Assembly: GCF_000025125.1 (NCBI RefSeq)
Contig: NC_013771.1
Coordinates: 720,001-752,000, forward strand
DNA from: Candidatus Atelocyanobacterium thalassa isolate ALOHA
Lineage (GTDB): Bacteria > Cyanobacteriota > Cyanobacteriia > Cyanobacteriales > Microcystaceae
Direction of reading: 5' to 3'
DNA length: 32,000 bases
A model generated the notes under the pieces. That model was not told the DNA's origin. It saw only the letters and a program-made list of their open reading frames with translations, and did not search any database. Positions 9,634 through 18,992 of the stretch are shown here, in pieces. Position numbers and translations under genes: made by a program. The stretch's first letter is position 1. Every line of letters begins with the position of its first letter.

Positions 9634-10923
9634 TTAATTAATTATTGAAAGTCCTTCTACTAATAAAGATGGAGTATGAATTGAATTAATCCAGCATGGA
9701 TCATTAGCTATTCCAATAATGTTTTCTAATACTTTATAAACATTACCTGTTACTACAGTATTTTTCACTCTTCCACTTATCAAACCATCTTGGACAAAAT
9801 ATCCTAGTTCTATATTGATAGAAAAATCACCTGATATGTCAATCTTTTTTCCTAGGGCTAAGTCTATAATTATGCATTGGTCTAGTTTTTTGATTAAATT
9901 ACTAAAACTTTCTTCTCCAGGTTCTACTATTAAATTAATTAATGTAGGTGTTGGATAACTTTTTAAATTAGGTCGAAAACCGTTGCCTGTACTTTTCATT
10001 CCTAGCATTTTTGCGTTGGCAAGATTATTGTAAAATTGTTGCAAATTACCTTTTTTAATCAGAGATAATTTTTGAGTACTTGTTCCTTCATCGTCAAAAG
10101 GAACAATATAAGGTTTATATTTTGGATTTTGAGATAAAGTTAGAGAGTTTGACATAACTTGTTTTTGTAATTTATCACTCCAAGGAGATGTCTTATCCAA
10201 AGCGAATTTACTATTAAGCGCTTCAGATACCGTATTCCACAACATAGAAGAGCCATTAGGCGTAAACAATACTGGTATGTAGCCTTTTGGAGCTAAAGTA
10301 GTTTTTTTTGCCCATTCCAACCGTTGTAAGATAGTTTTTACTGTCTGCTGAATTTCATTTTTTCCTTGTCCCTGAGCAAGTTTATTATCATAAACACTAA
10401 GGAAATCTTCTTCCGTAGGTAATTCTAGTTCTAAATAATAATTGACTAACGATTGATTGCGTTCACAATGGAGTCCTAAAGAATTTACTAAACATGTAAA
10501 ATAGTCTGAATGAATAAATTCTCCATTACAAACAGCTTCTCCATGAATGTCTCGTAATTGGTTAATTGCGTTTTTCCCTGACTCGATCAATTGTTCAATA
10601 GATATAGAATCTTTTTTGTTGGGTTGAAAATTTGTATATGAATGATTAAGCTCGATACTTTCAGTATTATTAAGAGCCGATAAAGCGATCGCTTTATCGG
10701 CTAACTCATCACTATCAAACTCTCCATAAGCAACAGCTAATCCTGGCGCACCCTCTTTCCATAGTCGTAAAGCTATTCCTTGTGAGTCAGAGCTTTCTAA
10801 GCTTTTTAAATTATTGGTTTCAAATAAAACAGAGCTAGATTTAAACTTAGATTGGTAAACTTCGGCATGAGAAGCTCCTCTACGAAGAGCTAAATCTATT
10901 AATTTTTGAGGTTTAATATCCAT
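9634..10923 (-). CDS. pmbA: PmbA/TldE-family metalloprotease component (TldD/PmbA superfamily)
   Basis: 429 aa. N-terminus LALRRGASHAEVY...S..V.F....L.......QGIALRLW..G..G.A, and the C-terminal glycine-rich beta-rich region typical of PmbA (GNGFR...P..L.V..G, ...ITGNV...L). Confidence 0.78.
   Translation of the reverse strand: MDIKPQKLIDLALRRGASHAEVYQSKFKSSSVLFETNNLKSLESSDSQGIALRLWKEGAPGLAVAYGEFDSDELADKAIALSALNNTESIELNHSYTNFQPNKKDSISIEQLIESGKNAINQLRDIHGEAVCNGEFIHSDYFTCLVNSLGLHCERNQSLVNYYLELELPTEEDFLSVYDNKLAQGQGKNEIQQTVKTILQRLEWAKKTTLAPKGYIPVLFTPNGSSMLWNTVSEALNSKFALDKTSPWSDKLQKQVMSNSLTLSQNPKYKPYIVPFDDEGTSTQKLSLIKKGNLQQFYNNLANAKMLGMKSTGNGFRPNLKSYPTPTLINLIVEPGEESFSNLIKKLDQCIIIDLALGKKIDISGDFSINIELGYFVQDGLISGRVKNTVVTGNVYKVLENIIGIANDPCWINSIHTPSLLVEGLSIIN
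10685..10692. repeat. HIP1 octamer GCGATCGC (within the 14-bp palindrome AAAGCGATCGCTTT, 10682-10695)
   Basis: Exact match to the cyanobacterial highly iterated palindrome. It is the only perfect copy I found by eye in the 32 kb. Confidence 0.9.
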
Positions 10924-11045
10924 AACTTTAGTATGATAAGATTTTAAATATGTAAAATTAAACTTAAATAAATATCTATTAGTAAACTTATTACTAAGCA
11001 GTAAAAAAGCTACTAAGTAATTAAAAACTAGTATTTGGAGATTTT

Positions 11046-11234
11046 ATGACCAGTAAATCTACATCCAATAAACACGATACATTAGAAAATCAAAATATCG
11101 AACCAGATGCTAGTTATGTTAAACTAGCCATGCGTAATATGGTTCGTAAAAAGGTCACTTCTCTAAAACATTTTTTTGTAACCACCATAGGGTTGTTAGC
11201 TTTCTTAATTGGTCTTGCTTATTTAACTCGTTAA
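11046..11234 (+). CDS. Small conserved cyanobacterial membrane protein with one C-terminal TM helix (possibly the DUF3285 family; not verifiable here)
   Basis: 62 aa. GGAG Shine-Dalgarno 5 nt upstream of the ATG. The motif YVKLAMRNMVRKK is followed by the hydrophobic helix FFVTTIGLLAFLIGLAYL. Confidence 0.6.
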   Translation: MTSKSTSNKHDTLENQNIEPDASYVKLAMRNMVRKKVTSLKHFFVTTIGLLAFLIGLAYLTR

Positions 11235-11442
11235 TACTTTTTTAAACAATTGCTTGTAAGATGTCATATAAGAAATGAGGGTTAGTGAATGTAACTCATC
11301 TCTAGTTAAGTTACATTAATGACAATGTTTTATGAATAAGAAACTTTGTTAATTGTTATTGGTCTTTAGTAAAAGTTTTAACTTAGAATATATGCCAAGT
11401 TAATAGCTTTTACAAAAAACAAATTACTCTTTATACAACTTA

Positions 11443-11967
11443 GTGAAGTTAAAGATTATGAAAGCTGATTTTAAAATGAACCGTTTTTCTTCTACTGGAT
11501 TATTTCCAGATACTGCTAATCTAAAACCAAATCATATTTCACAACTAGTAAAAGAGAAATATCCTTTAGAAAGCAGAAGAAAATCAGCTTGGCATATTTC
11601 ACCTAATATATTTCTAAGCTTTCAGTATGCTTGGACAGGAATTTGCTACACTTTTGCGACACAACGTAATTTTCGTATTCATACTATTATGACAGCTGTT
11701 GCAATTAGTGTTTCTGGATTTTTGAAAGTTAGTCCAGTTAGTATGGCTATTATTACTCTTACTTGCGCGCTAGTACTGATTTTAGAACTACTAAATACAG
11801 CTCTAGAATCAATTGTTGATTTAACTGTTGGTCAGTCGTACCACGAACTAGCAAAAGTTGCCAAGGATTGTGCCGCTGGTTCTGTTATGGTTTCAGCAAT
11901 TGCAGCTTTATTAGTCGCATTTTTTGTTATTACTCCATCTATTTTAGATATAATTTTCAACTCATAA
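11443..11967 (+). CDS. dgkA: Diacylglycerol kinase (DgkA family); start uncertain (GTG 11443, ATG 11458 or ATG 11476)
   Basis: DgkA signature ELLNTALESIVDL....YHELAKVAKDCAAGSV with three predicted TM helices. E. coli DgkA has EILNSAIEAVVDR...YHELSGRAKDMGSAAV. Confidence 0.8.
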   Translation: MKLKIMKADFKMNRFSSTGLFPDTANLKPNHISQLVKEKYPLESRRKSAWHISPNIFLSFQYAWTGICYTFATQRNFRIHTIMTAVAISVSGFLKVSPVSMAIITLTCALVLILELLNTALESIVDLTVGQSYHELAKVAKDCAAGSVMVSAIAALLVAFFVITPSILDIIFNS

Positions 11968-12117
11968 TATTTATAAATTACTTTTATTTGTAAAGTAAAA
12001 ATAATTATGATATCTCTTACTGTCTAATTTTTTATTAACAGAAACTAAATAAAATCCAACTTAGGGTTAAGTAATTAAACATTTTAGCAATATATATTTT
12101 ATTTTTTAATATTCATA

Positions 12118-12912
12118 ATGAAAAGACGACAGTTCATAACTTACTCTGGCATCAGTGCTTTGCTTGCTTCACAAATAATTCCGTACTCTCAATCTCAAAC
12201 AAGTGCTCAAGCGAAAGCTTTAAGCTCTTTATCAATTAAATATTTAGGTCATACATCCTTCTTATTTAGTGGTGGTGGCTTAAAAGTTTTAGTTAATCCT
12301 TTTAGAACTATTGGATGTACTGCAGGTTACCGCTTACCAAAAGTAGAAGCAGATCTAGTCATTGTTAGTAGCCAAATGTGGGATGAAGGAGCTACTGAAG
12401 GTTTACCGGGTAACCCTCGGATACTATATCAACCAGGAGTATATAAAATTAATGGATTAGGATTTCAAGGCATTAGTATTGATCATGACAAAAAAGGTGG
12501 AAAACAATTTGGAAATAATGTTGCTTGGCGTTGGTCACAAGCAGGTATTCGTATAGTGCATTTAGGTGGAGCAGCAGCACCAATTGATCTAGAACAAAAA
12601 ATCTTGTTAGGTAATCCTGATATTGCCTGTATTCCAGTTGGTGGTGGACCAAAAACTTATAATGCGGTAGAAGGAGTACAAGCAATGAAGGTCTTAAACC
12701 CTAAAGTTATGATTCCTACTCATTATCGAACTTCTGCTGCTGATGAAGAAAATTGTGATATTGATCCATTAAGTGGTTTTTTACAATTGACGAATAATCT
12801 AAATACTAAAAAAATAAACAGTGATCAGCTTTCCTTGAGTCATAAAGACCTACCCCAACAAAAAGATACACATATATATATATTTGATCACAAATCATCG
12901 TTAACACATTAA
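12118..12912 (+). CDS. MBL-fold metal-dependent hydrolase (UlaG/UPF0173-like) with a twin-arginine signal peptide
   Basis: The N-terminus MKRRQFITYSGISALLASQ...SAQA has the Tat consensus (RRxFI) plus an AxA cleavage site. The core is IKYLGHTSFLFSGGG.KVLVNPF......ADLVIVS....D. Confidence 0.65.
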   Translation: MKRRQFITYSGISALLASQIIPYSQSQTSAQAKALSSLSIKYLGHTSFLFSGGGLKVLVNPFRTIGCTAGYRLPKVEADLVIVSSQMWDEGATEGLPGNPRILYQPGVYKINGLGFQGISIDHDKKGGKQFGNNVAWRWSQAGIRIVHLGGAAAPIDLEQKILLGNPDIACIPVGGGPKTYNAVEGVQAMKVLNPKVMIPTHYRTSAADEENCDIDPLSGFLQLTNNLNTKKINSDQLSLSHKDLPQQKDTHIYIFDHKSSLTH

Positions 12913-12952
12913 AAAAATAATATATTTGGACTAAGTATTTTTATGTGCTAAT

Positions 12953-15184
12953 TTAATTTTCTCCTAAAACTTCATGAAAATTAAATTCTGGCGCAGCCAA
13001 AACAAATATTATGGTAGGTAATGCCTTAGTCCATTGCTGTAGTTTTTCATAGTTAGGAACAAATGATTTGTCAGGGGAAGGCATTCCCAAAAACACGAAA
13101 TCTGCTCCAATTGAAGACTGTTCTAAAATAGTCGTGAAACTACGTCCGTTGGAGAGAATCACTTCTGATGTTGCACCAATTCGTAGATCTTGAACTAATT
13201 TACTTAAATTATGTTGAGCTTCTTTAACAGCGCTTTCTTCGGTTACTACTAACTTTAAATGAATTTTTCCCTTTCTCCATTGAGGATTTGAACATAGTAA
13301 GTAAGCTAGAACTAGCATTAAGCTACCATTTCCTTGTCTACCTCCACTCCACCATACGTCTATATGACAGCGCCGATTTTTTGACTCTTTCCATGGATTA
13401 TATAATAGGTCAGGATTTTCTCTTAAGACAATTACATTTCTTTGTGCTTTGTGAAAATTCGCGATCATTTGACAATAGCGCTCACGGTGGCTTGTTTGTT
13501 GAGAATCACCCAATAAAATTGTATTTGGTACAATTGATCCCAAGCCGTAAGTTTCTACTAATCTTTCTGCTCCATCAAATGGATCAGGAGCTGTCACCAA
13601 TCTAACTAGAGCTTTTACTCCTCTTCTCTGCAAGTAGTCTCTAATACGCTTCTCTAAAATTGCTTGTCTCGCTACATCTCGTGAACCTACAGGTAAAACA
13701 CTAGAAACAGTTATCAAACCACGATTATAAGTCAAAGCCTGCGCTAGCTGAATTAAAGGCCAACGTTTAGTAGGTGCTCCAGATAATACTAAAAATTGAG
13801 GTCTCCAGTTTTTAGTATCGTTAGTATGATCGGTTTGCAAGATAGCCATGCGTAAGATTGCCATCCAAACACCCCTTCTTACATCTCCCCAAGTTGCTGA
13901 TAATTCTCTCTGACGTACCCAAAAATAAATACTGATTACTACTACTCCTGCAACACAGGTAGCTATTGTATCAATCAGAAACATTACTCCTAGACAACCT
14001 ATCGCACCTAACCATGAAAATATCCAATGTACTTTAAAAGAGGGACGGAAAGAAGGACTATTTAATACACCTTCTACTCCAGCAGAAATGTTTAAAACTA
14101 AGTAGGTGGTTAGGAAAAACATAGTTAATATTGGAGCTATTAAATTTAAATCTCCAATACAAACTGCCGCAAGAGCTATTACAAAGGTTACTAAAGTTCC
14201 TATCTTTGGTTCATCATCAGGACCACTGCCTTGGCCAAGGAACCTCATCCATGAAGGTAAAATACCATCTCTAGCTAAAGCCTGAAGAATACGAGGGGCT
14301 CCCAATATGCTACCAATTGCACTACTTAAAGTCGCTCCCCAAACTCCAACGGAAATAGCTGGTCCCCAGAGTGCCATTCTTTGCATTATCAAGGGTTCTG
14401 CTATCAAGGTACTACCATTAGCGCGCATTGCTAGAAATATTGGTAACGTAATATAAATTAAAAATCCTGTACCTACAGCAGCTAAAGTACCAATAGGTAG
14501 TGACCTAATTGGATCACGCAAGTCTCCTGACATATTTACACCAGCCATAATGCCTGTTACAGCTGGAAAAAAAACTGCAAAAACAGCCCAAAAGGGTTCT
14601 TTATCAGTTACCCACATTTCCATATTAACTTCTTCAACTGGATAACCAAAGTAAAAAGACAGCAAGGATAATGCGATAGCGGCCATAATAAAGTATTGCG
14701 CTTTTATTGCAATTTTTGCTGATGTTATACTTATTATCCCAACTCCAACTGTTACAACTAAAGCAATATAAAGTTGATTAAGATTTAACAAAGGAAAAGC
14801 GGCTACAACACTTTCAGCAAAACCAATAGTATAAAGAGCTACAGAAAGAGCCTGAGCAAAATATAATGGAATACCTACTGCACCACCAGTTTCAATACCA
14901 AGAGAGCGACTAATCATGTAGTAAGCTCCTCCAGTTCTGATGACGCGATCTGTAGCTATAGCACATACAGAAAGAGCTGTAAAAAAAGTTATAGAATTGG
15001 CTAAAATAACGATTAGAAAAGCTCCCATCAATCCTGCATTACCAACTACCCAGCCAAAGCGAAGATACATGATCACACCAAGGATGGTAAGAGTAGAAGG
15101 AGTGTAAACACCTCCGAAAGTTTCTAATCCTTTTTTCTTATTAGTTTGTTTGGCGGGGGGAGAAAATTGAAAGAGCGATTTCAC
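12953..15184 (-). CDS. Cation-chloride cotransporter-like permease (SLC12/CCC branch of the APC superfamily), GTG start
   Basis: 743 aa. The N-terminal GGVYTPSTLTILGVIMYLRFGWVVGNAG motif, about 12 TM helices and a roughly 280-aa cytoplasmic C-terminal domain are typical of SLC12-type transporters. Confidence 0.75.
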   Translation of the reverse strand: MKSLFQFSPPAKQTNKKKGLETFGGVYTPSTLTILGVIMYLRFGWVVGNAGLMGAFLIVILANSITFFTALSVCAIATDRVIRTGGAYYMISRSLGIETGGAVGIPLYFAQALSVALYTIGFAESVVAAFPLLNLNQLYIALVVTVGVGIISITSAKIAIKAQYFIMAAIALSLLSFYFGYPVEEVNMEMWVTDKEPFWAVFAVFFPAVTGIMAGVNMSGDLRDPIRSLPIGTLAAVGTGFLIYITLPIFLAMRANGSTLIAEPLIMQRMALWGPAISVGVWGATLSSAIGSILGAPRILQALARDGILPSWMRFLGQGSGPDDEPKIGTLVTFVIALAAVCIGDLNLIAPILTMFFLTTYLVLNISAGVEGVLNSPSFRPSFKVHWIFSWLGAIGCLGVMFLIDTIATCVAGVVVISIYFWVRQRELSATWGDVRRGVWMAILRMAILQTDHTNDTKNWRPQFLVLSGAPTKRWPLIQLAQALTYNRGLITVSSVLPVGSRDVARQAILEKRIRDYLQRRGVKALVRLVTAPDPFDGAERLVETYGLGSIVPNTILLGDSQQTSHRERYCQMIANFHKAQRNVIVLRENPDLLYNPWKESKNRRCHIDVWWSGGRQGNGSLMLVLAYLLCSNPQWRKGKIHLKLVVTEESAVKEAQHNLSKLVQDLRIGATSEVILSNGRSFTTILEQSSIGADFVFLGMPSPDKSFVPNYEKLQQWTKALPTIIFVLAAPEFNFHEVLGEN

Positions 15185-15305
15185 AGGTTATTAAAGATAA
15201 ATCTAATTAATCAAAAACATTATGTCAGATTTTTTGATGCTGCTTAATGTCTAACCAATATTTAACTAAATTATTAGTTAAATATATGATAGTTAAGGCA
15301 TGATA

Positions 15306-16019
15306 CTATTCTTCTTTTAATTCATTATCATTTGTCTTAAGAGTATCTTCTTCTTGCTGAGAAATACGCTTTTTACGACCAAATTCTAATGAATCTTCAA
15401 TAGCTATTAGTAGCTGTTGCATCTTTTCTAAGTTACTACAGTATAGTTCAATATCTTTTTGTATTCTTTCTGATGAAAGCCCTAAATCATTAGCTATTTG
15501 TTCTATTGCTTTATTATACTCTTCTTTACTCTCTACTAAATCAGAGCTAATCTTTTCTAGTAAAGAATATAAACCAATAGCTAATAAGCGGCTATATTTA
15601 AATTTAGGATTTTGAGCTATAGAATAATAAGATTTCCAAAGTAACTTGTCATTAACTTTTTCTTGAGCTGATTTTGTGAAATCTTCTTTGAAATTTGATA
15701 TGGATAATGTCTCGGCTTCATTCAGTATGGTATTTGATTCTTGTCGGTATTGTTTAGTATCTCCTCCAGTTGATTTACATAATGCATCAAATATTAGATC
15801 TTGATGATCATCTGGTTGATATCTATACATGAACTTTTCAAATAAAGTAACAACTCCTAAAGCATAAATAGGGCTGTATTGATAATCTGCATTTACTGAT
15901 AGTAAATGCATTTCTACTAGGAGCTCTTCTATAAATCTTCTATAAATTGAGCTAATTGGCTTAGTAAAAAAATTATAGAACTCACGTTTTGTCTCAGAAA
16001 CGGTACGAATGTTATCCAC
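15306..16019 (-). CDS. thf1: Thylakoid formation protein Thf1 / Psb29, GTG start
   Basis: RTVSETKREFY....KPISSIYRRFIEELLVEMHLLSVNADYQYSPIYALGVV is the hallmark Thf1 N-terminal block. The C-terminal tail is acidic. Confidence 0.9.
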   Translation of the reverse strand: MDNIRTVSETKREFYNFFTKPISSIYRRFIEELLVEMHLLSVNADYQYSPIYALGVVTLFEKFMYRYQPDDHQDLIFDALCKSTGGDTKQYRQESNTILNEAETLSISNFKEDFTKSAQEKVNDKLLWKSYYSIAQNPKFKYSRLLAIGLYSLLEKISSDLVESKEEYNKAIEQIANDLGLSSERIQKDIELYCSNLEKMQQLLIAIEDSLEFGRKKRISQQEEDTLKTNDNELKEE

Positions 16020-16168
16020 GAAATAGATTATAAATTATTTTTTAATAATGGTCTTTAGTTATTCTCTCTTGTAAAGTACTATTTTGCAAAGTAAGTAATA
16101 TAAAAATTTAAATGTAAATTATTTAGATTATTTTTTCAAGAGAATATGAAGTTTTATAATTATGATAT

Positions 16169-16867
16169 TTAAGAATAAATTTTTAATTCACATTGACAAA
16201 ATAACTTACCATTATCCAAAGAAATTTGATTAATATTAATATCTTGCCCTAAATCTATTAATATTTCTTCATTTAAGCAGACAATCTCTTCAGATAAGCT
16301 TTTGATTTCTACTTCTTTTAGGCTAAGTATTTGAGGAGAAACTATATTAGGCTTCATCTTAATCGTAATAGATTGCACAGCATCTTTATATAAAAATGCT
16401 ATTTGTATGGTTATATGAGAATAATCAATATAAATCTCTTCTAACTGAGAATCCATAATATTTATTTTTTGAAAAAACTCTGTAAATTCTTGATTTTTTA
16501 ATAGAGTATTTAACAGATATTTAATACCATCCTGAAGTATATTTGAAGAAATAGATACTTTTAGACTTTCATTACTAATAGCGACTTTCCCAGATATTCT
16601 AATATCTTCTAATAATTTTAAAGATTGTCCTCTTAAAATTTGACCTATATTTATACGAACATCATTTACTTTTAATTTAATTTCTTCTAGAGATAATCCC
16701 TTATAAATTAGTCTATAACTACTTAATGTTACTTCAGGTAAATAACCGTTTAAAATTTGATAATCATTACCTTCAATAAATAGATTTAAAGCTTCTAGTT
16801 TTTCAACCTGTGAATTTAACCAAAGCTTTAAAGCAGGAGTTAATATTGTTTTAATGATTTTGCTCAT
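16169..16867 (-). CDS. DUF2993/LmeA-like protein (conserved cyanobacterial hypothetical)
   Basis: 232 aa. LTPALKLWLNSQVEKLEALNLFIEGNDYQILNGYLPEVTLSSYRLIYKGLSLEEIKLKVNDVRINIGQILRG matches my memory of this family; no search was run. Confidence 0.55.
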   Translation of the reverse strand: MSKIIKTILTPALKLWLNSQVEKLEALNLFIEGNDYQILNGYLPEVTLSSYRLIYKGLSLEEIKLKVNDVRINIGQILRGQSLKLLEDIRISGKVAISNESLKVSISSNILQDGIKYLLNTLLKNQEFTEFFQKINIMDSQLEEIYIDYSHITIQIAFLYKDAVQSITIKMKPNIVSPQILSLKEVEIKSLSEEIVCLNEEILIDLGQDININQISLDNGKLFCQCELKIYS

Positions 16868-17159
16868 ATCAAATATTTTAGTTAAACAATAAATTTATTA
16901 TTTCGTGAATCTTCGTTATGTTAACCTTAGTTAGATTTTTCTTGTAAAATTTTGAGTTTAATCATTTAGCTTTTAATTAATGTTTTATTTTGATTATTCT
17001 TTACAAGCTGTATAAAAGCGTCGGATCATTTAAAGTCTTGCTATAAATTAATATATGTACTTAATAGTTGTAATACTCCCTATTCGAACATTTGAAAGAG
17101 AATAATAAATTTATTGTTTAAGTAAATTATGAAAAAATATCAATCGTAAAATTAATTAT

Positions 17160-18134
17160 ATGAAAAATAATAAAGAAAATTTTTTAAGTGTTGCACCGAT
17201 GATGGATAGAACTGATCGTCATTTCCGTTATTTTATAAGACAAATTACTAAACATACTTTGCTGTACACAGAAATGATCTCTGCAACAGCTGTTCAAAAT
17301 GGTAATAAATCAAAACTTTTAGATTTTTCATCTGATGAAAAACCCTTATCACTACAATTAGGAGGCAATGATCCTTATACATTAGCTGAATGTGCAATTA
17401 TTGCAGAAGACTGGGGATATGATGAGGTAAATTTAAATATTGGATGTCCTAGTGATCGAGTCCAAAATGGACGTTTTGGAGCCTGCTTAATGGCTGAGCC
17501 TGAATTGGTAGCTAAATCAGTTGAAAAAATGCAGGAATCAGTTGATATACCAATCACAGTTAAACATAGAATTGGTATTGATGAATGTGATGATTATGAA
17601 AGCCTAAAATATTTTGTACGAATAGTTTCAGAATCTGGATGTAAAAAATTTATTGTGCATGCACGTAAAGCATGGTTACAAGGATTAAGTCCAAAGGAAA
17701 ATCGTAATATTCCTCCATTAAGATATCAAGATGTTTATTCTTTAAAAAAAGATTTTCCTCATCTTACTATTGAAATTAATGGAGGAATAACTAATTTAGA
17801 ACAAATCAGTCATCACTTACAATTTATTGACTCAGTGATGCTAGGCAGAATAGCTTACAACAATCCCTACTTACTTGCTACAGTAGATAAAGATTTTTAT
17901 AAAAGCAGCACTACACCATTAACTCGCTATCAAATTATAGAAAATATCCTACCGTATGTAGAATATTGGGCAAGTCATGGTTTAAAATTGCACAGTATTA
18001 CTAGGCATCTTTTATCTTTATTTATAGGCATATCTGGAACAAAAGAATGGAAAAGGTATATTACTGAAAATTCCCATTTTATCGGTCAAGATTCTAAAGC
18101 TATTATTAATGCATTGAGTAAGATAAAAAGTTAA
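17160..18134 (+). CDS. dusA: tRNA-dihydrouridine(20/20a) synthase DusA
   Basis: SVAPMMDRTDRHFRYF.R......LYTEM, the catalytic-cysteine context NLNIGCPSDRVQNGRFGACLM, and KHRIG/HARKAWL FMN-barrel motifs. Confidence 0.9.
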   Translation: MKNNKENFLSVAPMMDRTDRHFRYFIRQITKHTLLYTEMISATAVQNGNKSKLLDFSSDEKPLSLQLGGNDPYTLAECAIIAEDWGYDEVNLNIGCPSDRVQNGRFGACLMAEPELVAKSVEKMQESVDIPITVKHRIGIDECDDYESLKYFVRIVSESGCKKFIVHARKAWLQGLSPKENRNIPPLRYQDVYSLKKDFPHLTIEINGGITNLEQISHHLQFIDSVMLGRIAYNNPYLLATVDKDFYKSSTTPLTRYQIIENILPYVEYWASHGLKLHSITRHLLSLFIGISGTKEWKRYITENSHFIGQDSKAIINALSKIKS

Positions 18135-18262
18135 AATTTGTGGCTGGTTAAGTACTTAATTTTAGGATAAAACAAAATATTTGTTTTTTATTATTAAAAT
18201 CTCCAACAAAATAAATATTAATTTTTTTCTAATCTAAGATTAAAGAGATTCATATATTCTTG

Positions 18263-18971
18263 TTAAAACTTTGGTTGATGACGTACTGAATTAAGAAACT
18301 CTTCTCGTGTTTTTTGTTCTTCATTAAATTTACCCAACATGGTACTAGTCAAGGTCCAAGATCCAGGCTTTTGCACTCCTCTCATCACCATACACATATG
18401 AGTTGCTTCCATGACAACTGCAACACCTAGAGGTTTCAAAACTTCTTGCATAGCATTAGCAATTTGACGAGTCAAACGTTCTTGTACTTGTAAGCGGCGT
18501 GAATACATTTCTACAATTCTGGCTATTTTACTCAATCCAATTACCTTTCCATCCGGTATATAGGCAACGTGAGCGCGTCCCATAAATGGCAACATATGAT
18601 GTTCACATAAACTGAAAAAGTTAATATCTCTTATTAAAACCATTTCATTATGTCCTTCATCAAAAATAGCTTCATTAACTAATTGAGTCAAGGATTGATT
18701 ATAACCTTCTGTTAGGAACTTCATAGAAGTTGCAACACGATATGGAGTCTTTAATAAACCTTCACGATTAGGATCCTCACCTAATGCTTCAAGAATAGAA
18801 TGGACTCCATCTTCTATTTTTTTTATGTCTACATTCTCTGTATTTTGATCTGTAGAACATTTGTCATCCCTACCATTTGATGTACTAATTTGATCAATTA
18901 GATCAGAGTTAGGTATATCAGAACTATTCGATTTAGAAGATTTGAATTCGTCAGAAAGAAGTTCTTTTCAT
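18263..18971 (-). CDS. folE: GTP cyclohydrolase I; the reading frame is disrupted by one extra base in an A4 run right after the ATG (the ATG-initiated ORF covers only 18263-18724)
   Basis: Core motifs [22 protein letters not shown]...RLQVQERLT and [12 protein letters not shown]. The frame is open for 81 codons upstream of 18724 and encodes the conserved [22 protein letters not shown]. The ATG at 18971 is shifted by +1. Confidence 0.85.
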
Positions 18972-18992
18972 AGTTAAATGTTAATCTTATTA

